DNA of 64,000 nt from Hyaloraphidium curvatum SAG 235-1 (GCA_025558095.1 JAIVFI010000046.1:120332-184331), one strand, 5' to 3'. Counted from the stretch's first letter, positions 25,139 to 36,987 are shown. The notes: generated from the sequence alone by a model not told the origin. Made by a program: numbers and translations.

Positions 25139-26656
25139 ATGCCCTCCGAAGCGTCCGACGCGGCGCAGCCCGATGCCACCGCGCCACCCTCGGCCCAGCC
25201 GTCGCGGCTGCTGCTCCTCGTCGGCGGCTACACGTGGGCCACGCACCTGTCCGCGGTTCACCACACCGCGGCGATCGACGGCTCGCTGTTCCTGCCCGCC
25301 GCCGACGCCCTGCACGCGTTTGTAATGGACACGAGCACGGGGAGGGTGGAACGCGTGGAGCTGCGGGCGGGGACAAAGCCGGACCCCGACGACGCGTTCC
25401 GCGGGATGCTCGCGAGCCCGTCCTTCCTCGCTCTCTTTTCCTGCAGCGGCCGAGTTTACGCCGCGTGCGTGGAGGAACTGGACCACCTGACGCCCAAGGA
25501 GCTGTTTGCCGGGCAGGATGGTGCGGGGGAGCCGTTCCCCGGGTGGGACGCGCTCCGGAACAAGGCGCAGACGGGCGGCGGGATCAGCCTCCTGCGGCTG
25601 GACCCCGAGGACGGCGGCACGGCCGCGGAGCTGACGCACCTATGGCGGCTTCCGTCGCACGGCCGCAGCCCGTGCCACGTGCTCGCACACGGCCCGCCGG
25701 AATCGGTCGACGGGCGGACAACCCTCTTCGTGTCCAACTACGTCGACGGCACCCTCGCGTGGTTCCCGCTCTCCACCGATGGCCCGGACCCGGAGCCCGT
25801 GACGGCCAACCTGCACCAGCACTCGGGCCAGACGGGCCCCGATTCCGCGCGGCAGGAAGGCCCGCACGCGCACATGTGCGCGTGGCTTCCCCCCCACGCC
25901 CGCGCGGAATCCACGCTCGCCGACGCCCTGCTGTGCGCCGATCTGGGCTTGGACCAGCTCGTGCGGTACTCCGTGTTCCCGGGTCTCACGTACCCCCAGC
26001 CTCGGGCGCCGATCGCGGTGCCGGGGGGCCCGAGGCACGTCGCGTTCCATCCTTCGCTGGCGGCCATCTACGTCCTGTGCGAGCTTGAATCCAGCGTCGC
26101 GGTGCTGGTTCCCGACACTGCCGCCGGCACCTTCAAGGAAATCCAGCGCGTGTCGACCCTCCCCTCTCCCTCTGGCCTCCCCCGCACCTCGGCCCCGACC
26201 GCCCCAATCGACTCGATCTCCGACCCCACCCGCCGCGGCATGCACAACACCCCCGCCCCCATCCTCGTCGCCCCGCTCGGCCCGGACTCGCAGAGCTACG
26301 CGCTGTACGTCGGCAACCGCGGGCACGACTCGGTCTTCGTCTGCCCGATCGACCCGCAGACGGGGACGCTCCCGGCGCCCTCCCTCGGCGGCGGCGGGTC
26401 GGTGCCCCCGGGGGCGGATGGGTGCGCGTGGATCCCGTCGGGGGGACGGGATCCCCGCGGGATGGGGCTGGCGGCGGGGCGGTTCCTCGTGGTGCTGAAC
26501 CAGACCACCCCGCCTGCGGACGGCGGCACGGGGCACGGGCCGGGGAACATGGTGGTGAGGGACCTGTGGAGGGACATGGGGAGGGGGGAGCCGGTGCAGG
26601 TCGTGGAGGGGCTGGGGGTGCCGACGGCGGTGGATTTCGCGGGGTGGGAGGGTTGA
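25139..26656 (+). CDS. Lactonase, 7-bladed beta-propeller (6-phosphogluconolactonase/cycloisomerase family)
   Basis: LLVGGYT, SPCHV, FVSNYVDGT, RQEGPHAH, ADLGLD, GPRHVAFHP, YVGNRGHDS, GGRDPRG. Confidence 0.88.
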   Translation: MPSEASDAAQPDATAPPSAQPSRLLLLVGGYTWATHLSAVHHTAAIDGSLFLPAADALHAFVMDTSTGRVERVELRAGTKPDPDDAFRGMLASPSFLALFSCSGRVYAACVEELDHLTPKELFAGQDGAGEPFPGWDALRNKAQTGGGISLLRLDPEDGGTAAELTHLWRLPSHGRSPCHVLAHGPPESVDGRTTLFVSNYVDGTLAWFPLSTDGPDPEPVTANLHQHSGQTGPDSARQEGPHAHMCAWLPPHARAESTLADALLCADLGLDQLVRYSVFPGLTYPQPRAPIAVPGGPRHVAFHPSLAAIYVLCELESSVAVLVPDTAAGTFKEIQRVSTLPSPSGLPRTSAPTAPIDSISDPTRRGMHNTPAPILVAPLGPDSQSYALYVGNRGHDSVFVCPIDPQTGTLPAPSLGGGGSVPPGADGCAWIPSGGRDPRGMGLAAGRFLVVLNQTTPPADGGTGHGPGNMVVRDLWRDMGRGEPVQVVEGLGVPTAVDFAGWEG

Positions 26657-26779
26657 TCGGGCTGGGGGCGGCAAAAACGGGGGTGTATGCGACGCGCCTG
26701 GCGGGGCATCCAACAGGCAGCCGGCCAGGAATGTAATGAGAACGGTACATACGTGCGCTTCACCGTCACATCTTGTCCA

Positions 26780-28301
26780 TCAGGGGGCCGGACAGAAGCT
26801 CTCGAGCGTCGCGCTGACGCCGAACGCGCGCAGCACGCTCCACAGCGCCACGGCGACCGTCAGCCCCGTGACGAGCATCGTCCTCACCGTCCCGAACGAC
26901 ACCACGAACCCGAACAGGCGGGCGCGGTAGTGCGCAACGTCCAGGAAAGACGCCACCGCGCGGTCGTGCAGCTCCAGCTCCGTTGCCAGCGGTCCCGGGC
27001 CGACGCGGAGGGCCAGCGCGCGGAGCTCCCGCTGCGCGTCGCGGTACACCGCCGCGACGGCGTCGATCAGCTGGTTCCGCGAGGCCAGGTTGACGGCGTT
27101 GACGGTGAAGTACACCGCGGCGTGGGCGAAGAGGGCCAGCTGCCACGCGGTGATGCAGCGGCCGACGGCCTGGAAGGGGCGCATCGGTCAGCTAGGGGTC
27201 GACCGCTCGTCCAGCAGCTGCAACGCTCACCGCGCCCAACGCCGCAAACAGGACGACGCCCGGGAAAAGGACGAGGCCGTAGAGGCGCGAGACGACGACC
27301 CAGTCCTGCTGCCGCCGGAACCGGCACAGGGCGGCGAACCGGTAGTGCAGCCTGACGTACAGCCACGAGTCCATCCGTGGCGGGGGATCACCCGCCGCTG
27401 CGGCGCGGCGGAACCGGCCCAGCAGGTCGCCCATGGCGGTGTCGACGGCGCGGCAGTGCAGCCGCCGCTCGAGGGCCGAGTGTGCCACGGTGTCGATGTG
27501 CAGGAAGCGGCCGAGGCCGACGAGGACTTGCAAGGGGAACCACGACGCCCACAAGATGGTAAGGAGAATGCCGTACCACGTCGACCAGAGGGACGCGCGG
27601 TAGCTGACGACAGGCGTGTAGACCATGAAGACGAGCATGGCCAGCGAGATGCCCGTGTTGGCAGCGTAATCGAGGAAAGAAAGCAGCGCCGACAGGCTCT
27701 CGATCCAACGGCAGCACGACGCGCACGGACAGGAGGCGTCCCCTTGCACGTGGCGCACGAGTGCCGGGGGCGCGGATGATTCCCGGGCGCCGGGCCCGCG
27801 AAAGAGCCGCATCCACCGGCAAAGCGCGGCCGGGGCCGAGAAGTCGGCGACGCCGCTGCGCAAGACGTTGGACCCGAAGGTGACCGCGCCCAACGCGAAG
27901 GTGAAGGCGGCGCCGAAGATGAAGTAGGCGACCCCGGCGGCGCCGAGCGCGATGTCCTCCGCGGCAAAACGGCCCTCGACGAACGTGGCGGAGACGCCGA
28001 GGAGCGCCACGCTCGCGGCACCGCCGACGGCCAGACCGGCGGGAAACACCCACGCCGGCAGCGCCGTGTGCACGCGCAGTGCGGGCCACGCGACCGCCCT
28101 CGCCGCACCGCTCAAAATGCTCAACATGCCGCCGGGCGTCAGCGGGTCCGCCGCACGCGCTGCGTCGTCGGGGCACGCGGCCTGCGCCTCGTCGCCAAAG
28201 GTCGGCACGGGGGGAGACGGGGCGGGGAACAGCGCGAGCCACTCCTCGGGCTGGAAGTCGGCATCCTTCTCGTTCGCGGGCGGGAGTTCGATGGCTTCCA
28301 T
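26780..28301 (-). CDS. Gustatory-receptor-like 7TM protein (7TMIC/GRL candidate), copy B, intact
   Basis: Inverted paralog of 9918-11447. Seven TM-like segments, one intron near 27170-27230, and an almost identical C-terminal TM6-TM7 region. Confidence 0.7.
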
Positions 28302-28970
28302 CGTTGCGTTTGCGGCGTACGAATAGTCCGGAATGTTCGCGAGGATGCCAAGGTTACGCTGGGGGACAGCTCGCACTCTTCTGGCGGCCCATCCCTCAGC
28401 CCATCGTGCCCGATCCTGCGCCGGTTGGTTTCGGGGACTACTCTGGATGGGAGTTTTGCTGCATCTGCCGATGGCGTTGGTTTCCACGGGCCTCGAGGGG
28501 ATTAGGGTGGCGGGCTCGGGGGGGACGTGGGACGGGCGTTTGACGCACCGCGGCTTCCAGCAGACCAGGTGAAGGATGCATTGCAGTACATTCCGGAGGC
28601 ATTTGATCGATCAATCGGATTTTCGGCAATCCTCCACGTCTCCCAGTATTGCTTGATGGAGCACAGCCCGGAGCGCCGACACTCGGGCCGCAAGGGGCAA
28701 ACAGCGGACATGCTGCCCCCATGCTGCGACCGAATCGCCCACTTTTGAGCGGCAGGTGCGGCGCGAACCCGGCGACCCCGTGTAAAACGTTTAGGCGGAA
28801 GGGCATTTGCCATTTGCCACCAGAGTGCGGGCAAGGCGGGTGAACAACCGAGCTTGGCGGCTGACGGGGGCCGGTGGTTCCCGCAGGGACTCTCGCGCGG
28901 CCGCACCGGGTCGGACCGGCGGCGCCATCCTCTCCGGCGGGCGCTGAGAGCGGAGTGATTCGGGTGGGCG

Positions 28971-30836
28971 ATGCTGCTCGTGGAGGGCGCGGGGCCGGCG
29001 GCGCCCCCGCCGCTGTCCCCGCTGTCCCCGTCGACGCCCTCGTCGGACGACGGCGACGACGATGACGCGGCGGTGCGCGAGTGGGCGGTGCTGTCTCAGC
29101 GCGCCGCCGAGTGGAACGCGGACCGCGAGGCGCGGGGCCGCTTCGGATCCCTCGAGCTGGGCACCGGGCCGACCATGGTCGACTTCCTCTTTTCCTCCCT
29201 CCCGCGCGCCGAGTCCGAGTCGATCGTGGCGGCGATCAGGCCGAAGATCAGCGCCGGCCCGTTCTCGGCGCTGCCCGGCCCCGCCGGCATGCTGCAGACC
29301 GCCGTGGAGGCGTTCTTCCGCCGCGGCTACGAGTTCCCCTGCATCCACCAGCCGACCTTCGAGGCGGCGCTCAAGGGCGACGCCGGCAAGCGCACAAGCG
29401 TGTACCGCACGCCGCCGCTGGCCCTGCTCTACGCGCTGGGCGCCGCATCGGGCCGCGCGCTGCCCAATTACTCGCTGCCCCTGCGGATCGCCTTCACCCG
29501 CGCGTGCCTCGAGCGCTCGCGCGACCTGCTGCTGGCAAAGGGCGCCGACGACCTCGAGTCGGCGCAGGCGCTGCAGTACGTGCTGGTGGCGCTGTTCCTG
29601 GCCGGCACCCCCGGCCGCATGTTCCCCCTGCTGAGAAGGTGCGCGGCGACGGCGCAGGCGCTCGTCGACGCGCTGCCCCCGGGGCTGCCGCCCACGCCGG
29701 ACGACTGGGTATTCAAGGAGATGGTGCTCCGCCTGCGGCTCAACATCTGCGGCATGGAGGTGGCCTCGGCCGCGCACGGCGGATCGCCCATCCTGGGGAA
29801 CTATTTCCACCCGCACGAGGCCGAGCTGCCGTGCCCCGAGGCGTACTTCATCCACGAGCACCCGAAGGAGGCCCACGAGATGCTGATCAAGCGCGGGTAC
29901 GTCCCGCTGCGGGCGCGGTACGGCGGCAGAACGTGGCAGGATGCCGCGCAGACGTGCGCAACTTTGATCCGGGCCCCCTTCGAGGGCGGCTCCTCGCTGG
30001 CCGTGTGGGGCGCCTTCAACTATATCCGATACCTGAAGCTCCGCCCACCCGAGGCGACCGCCGCCCCGGCCTCGGCGAGCGCCGCGGTCGCCGCGGGCCT
30101 CTGCGCCGTGTACGAGGCCGGCCTGCGCTCCCTCCCGCCGCACCCCTTCGCCGTCTTTTCCCGCGGCGACGCCTCCCCCCTCCTCCTCTCCTGGCCGGAC
30201 CACTTCCCCCACCCCTCCCTGGCCCGCGGCATGGTGCAGCTCGCGGCCTGCCTGGAGGAGGAGCTCGCCACGGCCCTGTCCGCCGCGGGCTTCCGCAACG
30301 CCGCCGCCGTGCGCGCCCTCCGCTCCGCATCGCTGCTCGCCGCGCTCCGCGACCCGGGGGCCGCCAAAGGCCCCGCGGTATCGCACCTCGTCGCCGGCCC
30401 GGCGTTCCGCGCGGGGATGCTCCTCGTGCGGCACGCGGCGTGCCCCGAGCCCGGGGACCCGGTGGTCAAGGCCGTCGGCAAGCGCGGGCTCGAGCGGGCC
30501 GTGGGCGCCGTGGCGGGGGTGCTGGCCGACGTCGCGGCGTGGTACGGGCTGCAGGCCGGCGGGCTCGCGCGGGAGTTTGCCCGCGCGGCGGCGGCGCAGG
30601 GGGTCGAGGTGCGCAGGCAGGGGGAGGTGGAGGAGGATGCGGAGGGATTGGCGATTCCGGACGAGCATGGGGGCGGGGGGAGGGCGGTGTATTTCCCGGA
30701 CCTGCTGTTTGCGGCGGAGAGGAGCGACAGGATGCCGAGGGGGAGGGGGTGGAACGAGCCGCGGCAGCCCGAGGGGGGGTTGGGGCCGGACGGAACGGTG
30801 CCGGCCGCGGCGGAGGGGAGGAGCAGTTCGTGGTGA
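28971..30836 (+). CDS. Fungal-specific transcription factor domain (Fungal_trans-like) protein
   Basis: VEAFFRRGYEFPCIHQPTFE...PLALLYALGA, LESAQAL, KEMVLRL, ELPCPEAYF resemble the middle-homology region of Zn2Cys6 TFs. Confidence 0.65.
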   Translation: MLLVEGAGPAAPPPLSPLSPSTPSSDDGDDDDAAVREWAVLSQRAAEWNADREARGRFGSLELGTGPTMVDFLFSSLPRAESESIVAAIRPKISAGPFSALPGPAGMLQTAVEAFFRRGYEFPCIHQPTFEAALKGDAGKRTSVYRTPPLALLYALGAASGRALPNYSLPLRIAFTRACLERSRDLLLAKGADDLESAQALQYVLVALFLAGTPGRMFPLLRRCAATAQALVDALPPGLPPTPDDWVFKEMVLRLRLNICGMEVASAAHGGSPILGNYFHPHEAELPCPEAYFIHEHPKEAHEMLIKRGYVPLRARYGGRTWQDAAQTCATLIRAPFEGGSSLAVWGAFNYIRYLKLRPPEATAAPASASAAVAAGLCAVYEAGLRSLPPHPFAVFSRGDASPLLLSWPDHFPHPSLARGMVQLAACLEEELATALSAAGFRNAAAVRALRSASLLAALRDPGAAKGPAVSHLVAGPAFRAGMLLVRHAACPEPGDPVVKAVGKRGLERAVGAVAGVLADVAAWYGLQAGGLAREFARAAAAQGVEVRRQGEVEEDAEGLAIPDEHGGGGRAVYFPDLLFAAERSDRMPRGRGWNEPRQPEGGLGPDGTVPAAAEGRSSSW

Positions 30837-31113
30837 GGTCCGGGAGGAGGCGGCCGGCTGCTGGGTTGGCTTCTCGCCCGGTGAGGCGGTGTACAGTCAG
30901 TGGCATCAGGGCAATGCCACGCGTAAACCGCACTTTGCGCCCCCCAGACTCGATCAGAATGAGCGGAACCTCACTTGCTGACGTGCGCTCGAACCCCAGG
31001 CGGCGTCCAGACTGGGGCTCAGTTGCCTGCCGAGCGGCGGACCAAGCCCTTGGCGGCCACTCATTGGACTAGACCACCTTGCCTTCGAGACCACCAGACC
31101 AGAACACGCCGCG

Positions 31114-32448
31114 ATGGCCCTCCAATCCGTCCTCTCCTCGCCCTGGCGGATCGCGCTCGCCGGGAGCGCGGCGCTCTACCTCGGCTACCGCGCCATCTCG
31201 GCGCTCCGCCCGTCGCCGCTCCCGCCCGCCGGCGCCGTCGTTCTCGTCACGGGCTGCGACTCCGGGATCGGCAACGCCACGGCGAAACTGCTCGCGTCCC
31301 GGGAGGATGGCGGCGTGAAGCGGTACAAGGTGCTCGCGGGGTGCTTCACCGAGGCCGGGGTGGAGGAGCTCGGCGCGCTGGGCCCGAACGTGGTGCCGTT
31401 CAGGCTGGACGTGGCGAGCGACGAGAGCGTGGCGGAGATGCGGAAGATTGCGGAGCGCGAGTGCGGCGAACAGGGGCTCTTTGGTGGGCCGGGCGGGCTC
31501 GCCCTCGCGACCGGGTGCTGATTGCTCGCCCACGCGTCGCCCGTTTCCCAGCGGTCTTCAACATCGCGGGCATCTTCTCCGGCACGTACAACGACCTCAC
31601 GCCCGTTAGCGAGTGGAAACGCGTGTTTGACGTGAACGTGTTCGGCAGTGGGTTTTCTGTGAGGGGTTGCAGCTCGTCCCCATCTGATCGGTCCCGCATC
31701 GCTCGCTGCAGTGATCCGCGTCACCCAGGCCGTCTACCACCTCGTACACCTCGCCGCGCGCCACGCCCGCCTCTCCGCCGCCCGTGGCGCCCCGGTCCTC
31801 CGCCCCCGCATCGTCTGCGTAACCTCCGTCGCCTCGGAGATATCCACCGCCGGCACCCTGCTCCCCGCCTCGGGCGCCTACTCGGCCTCCAAGCACGCCG
31901 CGAGGTCGTTCGCGAGCTCGCTGCGGTGCGAGGCGGTGCAGTTCGGGATCGACGTGGTGGACGTGCGGCCCTTCTTCACGGGGACGAACCTGTTCCCCGA
32001 CGAGCAGGGCGCCGAGAAGGCGCTGCGCGGGCCGATCACCAAGGGCTTCGGCGAACCGGAACCCGACGGATGGAAGACCGATCCCACCGGCGCGCGGCAC
32101 CCGGCGCACCGATACAGGGGCGGCCTCGACGGGCTCGCGGAGAACGGCACGCGGCTGTACCGCGGGGTCCTCGGCAGCGCCTTCAAGCCCGCCGCCGAGG
32201 TCGCCGCGCGGATGGTCGCCGAGGCCGAGAGTGCGCGTCCCGCGCGATCGATCGTGACCCTGAGCACGCTGCGCGAACGGGTGATCTACTACGTGAACAA
32301 GTACGCGCCCGAGACGGCCATGGCGCTGTTCGAGGCGGGGGCGGGGGCGCACATGGCGCCGCTGCTGCCCGAGAAAAAGGAGCTCGAGGGGGGTCTGGGG
32401 GTGAGGGTGGGGCAGGCCGCGGGGGAGAGGGAGATGGTGGCCGCGTGA
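31114..32448 (+). CDS. SDR of RDH/17beta-HSD/BDH type, multi-exon
   Basis: N-terminal anchor; VLVTGCDSGIG; LDVASDESV; NIAGI; VFDVNVFG; YSASKHA. Confidence 0.88.
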
Positions 32449-32750
32449 TATGTATGGACGCGACGCAGGGCTCGATTGTATTGGATGCTGTGTATCTGCA
32501 GACTTGGTTGACCTTGACGCCTCGATCGACACCTTTCGGGCGGACAGCTGTGCAGAAAGCAAAGCATCGCTACAAGCACCATCACTAGCTGTCCATTCGA
32601 GAAGACGACGTGCGAGTTCCGGCCGATCGGCGTCGTGGCTGTGCAAGGGTCATCGCGAGTGATTTGATAATCTTCCGCATGGGACATTTTATCATCTGCA
32701 GCTGCCGGCCGAGCGTTGGTGACCGCAAGGAACTCTTCGACTGCTCTACG

Positions 32751-33776
32751 ATGGCCATGGCGCAGCGCGCCGTCACGCTGACCGCGTTCGGCGGCCCCGA
32801 GAAGCTCGCCGTGCGCGACGGCCCCGTGCCCGAGCCAGGCCCCGGCCAGGCGCGCGTACGCGTGCTCGCCAGCACCGTCAACTTCACCGACACGCTCATA
32901 CGCCGCGGCAAGTACCCCGACCTGAGGGAGAAACCCCCGCTCGTCACGGGGTACGACCTCGTGGGGGAAGTGGACGCCGTCGGGCCCGGCGTGACCTCCG
33001 TCAAGGCCGGCCAGCGCGTCGCCGATTTGACCATGATTGGGAGCCACGCCCGCTACACCCTCCGTCCCGCGGACGGCCTCGTTCCCGTGCCGGACGACCT
33101 CGATCCCACGCAGATCGTCCCCTTGGTGTTGTCGGGCATGACGGCCTACCAGCTTCTCTTCCGCGACGGCGGGGTGAACCCAAGCCAAACCGTCCTCGTG
33201 CACGGCGGCAACGGCGCCGTCGGCCGCGCGGCGATCCAGCTGGCCCGCGACCGCGGCATCAGGGTGATCACCACCGCCCGCCCCGAGTTCCACGACGCCC
33301 TGCGCGCCCTGGGCGCGGAGCCGCTGGATTACGCCGACGCCGAGTGGCCGGAGAAGGCGAGGAAGCTAACGGGGGGCGAGGGATGCGACGTCGTCCTGGA
33401 CCACGCCGGCGCGGACGGCTGGGCTCCTTCGCGCCGCGCCGCGCGCGACCGCGGGAAGCTGGTGCTCTTCGGCCTTTCGGAGATGGTGCGAAAGGGGGAT
33501 TCGATGCTGTCGATCCTTTACTCGCTGGTCAGGGCGATGGTGCTCTGGAACGTGCTGCCCTGGGGGCCTTATGTGAGCTTCTACAGCATCATGGCCCGCC
33601 GTGCCAAGCTGCCCGGGGACTTCCGCGAGGATCTGGGGCAGCTGATCGATGCAGTACGCCGTGGCGTGCTGACGGTGCAAGTGGAGCGAAAGATTGGGTT
33701 TGACGAGGTGACCGAGGCGCACCGCGAAATCGACGCCGGAGGAACCAAGGGTTGGCGGGTGCTCGTGCCGAGCTGA
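32751..33776 (+). CDS. Medium-chain dehydrogenase/reductase (quinone-oxidoreductase-like), intronless
   Basis: FGGPEKL, PEPGPGQARVRV, GYDLVGEVDAVG, TAYQLL, VLVHGGNGAVG, EAHREID...G. No Zn-binding Cys cluster. Confidence 0.9.
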   Translation: MAMAQRAVTLTAFGGPEKLAVRDGPVPEPGPGQARVRVLASTVNFTDTLIRRGKYPDLREKPPLVTGYDLVGEVDAVGPGVTSVKAGQRVADLTMIGSHARYTLRPADGLVPVPDDLDPTQIVPLVLSGMTAYQLLFRDGGVNPSQTVLVHGGNGAVGRAAIQLARDRGIRVITTARPEFHDALRALGAEPLDYADAEWPEKARKLTGGEGCDVVLDHAGADGWAPSRRAARDRGKLVLFGLSEMVRKGDSMLSILYSLVRAMVLWNVLPWGPYVSFYSIMARRAKLPGDFREDLGQLIDAVRRGVLTVQVERKIGFDEVTEAHREIDAGGTKGWRVLVPS

Positions 33777-33911
33777 ATCTGCATCCGAGCCGATCGGCCA
33801 GCATCCACGAGCTTTCCCTTTCGTGTCTACATTTGTAACCGGAACTATCGTAATGCATTGCGTTTCAATGAGACATGCACCAGATCACGGAAACCGAATG
33901 CTCCCCGAGGT

Positions 33912-36540
33912 TCACTGGTCCCCGTTCCTGCCGTTTCTCCCTGTGCCGCCTCCGTTGCGCCCGCCGCCCGTCCCGCCGGACCCCTTCGCGTTCGCCCTGT
34001 TCCTGTTCTTCTCCGCCTCCACCGGCGGCGTGTCCACCGGCTCGTTGTCGCCCTCCTGGGCATCGACGGTCCACCTGTTGTTCCCGCCGTTGTTTCTGTT
34101 GTTGGAGCCTCCCCCATTGTTCCGGTTGGTGGTAGGTCCGTTGTTCCGGTTGTTGTTGGAATTGTTCGGTCCGGTGCTGCCCGAGTTCCTGCCTCCGCTC
34201 GGCTTCGGCAGAGGGATGACATCGTCCGGCGAACCGAACCCGTCGTCCTGCTCCCCGCCCTCTCCGCCCTCGTCCCCCTCCCCCTCGTATCCCTCGTCGC
34301 CGCCCTCGCCACCCTCGCCGACGGCGTTGAGCGCCTCCATCACCTTGCTGTCCCTGATCCTGATCGCCTCCTGGGGCATCCGCTGGCTCCACGTGCGCGT
34401 CCGGGGCACCATCGTCCCCTTCTCCGCCTCCCTCTCGATCTCCACCAGCGGCCCGTCCGCGTCCCCGTCGAGGCTGATCTGGTCCACGGCCCACAGCGTC
34501 GTGTCCTTCAGGAGGTCGTCCAGCTGGTTGAGCAGGTCCAGCAGCGGCGGCGCGGGGAAGCCGTTGCGGCGCTGGACCGGCTGCGCGGTGGTGGTCAGCG
34601 AGGAGGGGAGCTCCGTGTTGTCGTACTTGGCCGAGGCGATGCCGGCCTTGATGACGGTATCGAAGGTGATGCCGGCGGAGGAGAAGAAGCGGTGCGCGAG
34701 GAGGGTCTGCACGCCCGTGACGCGGTCGCGCTGGCTCTTGGCGAGCATCTTGCTAAGCAGGTCGACGAAGTCGTTCTCGACCTGGTCGCTGGTGCCCATG
34801 ATCTGCAGGACGGAACGCAGGTAGCTGAAGTCGAGCTCCTTGTCAAAGTCCGGGATGTAGGAGCGGCCGGCTCGATCGCTCAGCGGGTAGGGACCCTTCA
34901 ACTTGGAGGCGCAGGCGTAGCCCGATGCCATTCTGTCGGGTGGAGAAAGGGGTTGGCGGCGCATGTGTCAGGCCGGGATCAGGAGCAACACAACAAAAGT
35001 AACGCGCACTCGTAGAAGGTCATAGCGAGCGCGTATACGTCCACGCCTTTCCCGTAGACGAAGCTCTCTCCAAGCCTGTTCAGGAATTGATCCTGCAGCT
35101 TTTTGAGCACCGGCGCCGCCTCGAGCTTGGTCTCCTCCAGGAGCTTGTCGATCTCGGGGTTGGTGAGCCGCTCCGGGTCGCCGAGCCTCTCCTTCTGCTT
35201 GCCCGTCGCAGCCGCCGACGCCGCTCGCTTCTTGGCCTTTAGTGCCTCGACCTTCTTCTCGTAGATGGCCGTAACAATATCGCTTTGGATTGTCGAGATC
35301 TGGCCCTGTGGGTTGCACGCGACGCGTGAGCTCCCAAATCGTGCACCAGCGGTGAAAGCGGGAAAGGCGTACCGCTTCATGCAGCTCCGGCGCCCTGTAC
35401 TGCAGGTTCTGCAGCATCATGTGGATGCCCGCGCCCTCGAGGAGCATCTCGTCGCGCTTGAACCCGGTGGGCTTGCGGAGGAAGATGGAGCTGGTGCTCT
35501 TCATCATGTCGGTGAAGATGACCTTGGGGTCGTTGCGGATCGCCAGGCCGAAGTCCGTGAGGCCTGGGAAGGAGGGCGGGGGAACGGGAAAGGGGGGGTG
35601 GGTTGGGGGTGGTCAGCTGCTTCTGCGAGTGCGCTCAGGGCGGGTTCGCAAGGAGACCCCCACGGACGTGCCCGTCGTTGCCGATGAGGAATTGCTCCAT
35701 CTGCCGGAAAAGTCAGGCACACGGCATCTCATGGTCCCTCCTCCTTCTCACCTTGATGTCGCGGTGGAGGAAACCCTTGTTGTGCAGTATGCCGACGGCC
35801 ATCAGCATCTCGGCCATGAGCTTCCGCACGTTCACGTCGTCGAGCGAGAAGGGCGCAAACTCCTCCTCGTCTTTGACGCTAATCTTCATCATGTTCTCGA
35901 TGGACCCAGCCTGGGCGTTGGACAGGAAGATCTTGATGTCGAGCGGGGCTACCTTGGAGCCGAGGTAGCGGACCATGAAGGGCAACCCGTTGACCTCCTT
36001 CATGACTGGACGAGGAGCAATGGGTTAGCAGGCACAGGTACGGGGTGCGGCGGATCCCACCCTCGATCTCGTACTTGAGCGCCTCGAAAGAGGCGTCGTC
36101 TTCCTTCTTCATGTCCTCGTCGTGGTGGAACTGTGGGCGGGGGCAAGTTCGGTTCCAGGCTGGGGGCAGTCGGACTACGAGGAGAGGCGGCAGACCTTTG
36201 CGTCCTTGAGCACCACCACGGGCTGCTTCCTCACGCCCATGCCGGCCACGCGGCCTTTGAACGGCCCGCGCTGGATGAAGGCCTGCCCGCTGGTGGCCAG
36301 CAGCTTGAAGTCCCACTTGGTCAGGTCCAGGTTCTCCTCCTTGAGCACGCGCACGGCGTTGGGCTCGATGAACTGGGCCGTGTACTTCTGCACCGTCGCG
36401 GCGAAGCGGTCCACGTTGGGCTTGGGCCGGCGGCCGGGCCGGCGCTCCATGGCGAGCGCGGAGGGGAGGAGGAGCAGCGCGAGCAGCGCGGCGAGGAGCA
36501 GCGCATCGCGGCGGACGCGCCCGCTCGAGGCGCGGATCAT
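33912..36540 (-). CDS. Protein kinase-fold protein with an N-terminal signal peptide, multi-exon
   Basis: Signal DALLLAALLALLLLPSALA; VVVLK; spliced catalytic loop FLHRDIK|MEQFLI; HVR|LTDFGLA; YRAPE; DVYALAMTFYE; acidic and Asn/Gly-rich tail. Confidence 0.8.
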
Positions 36541-36987
36541 CGGGAGCGGCGCGGCGCGGGCACTCGGGCGGGCCCCGGGGCCGGAGGGAGGGGACAGATG
36601 GCGGAAAACGCGTCCGTCGGCAGTTTCGCGGGTCCGGCGGCGTGGCGGCGCCCCGGGGCTGGGCGGGCCCTGACCGGCCAACCGGGGCGCTCCCGAAATC
36701 GACATCCGCGAATCCGCCTTCGAGGACTTGAACAGACCCACAGGAAGCTTATTTATCACATCCGGACGTCGAAGCACGGATGGTTGCGGGACTGGTCGGC
36801 CGTTGCCCCGTCTCCCGACCTCGATCTCTCGACACGGCCACCTCAGATCGTTCGGCCACGCGACCTCGACCGCGGCCGCGGCAGCTGTCCAGTTCACAAC
36901 ATGGCGTCCGCAGTGGAAAGTTCGAGTCATGGCACGATGGCCGATCGGCGCCTCACGAGTCTTCTTCCATCACATCAGACTCTTGCC

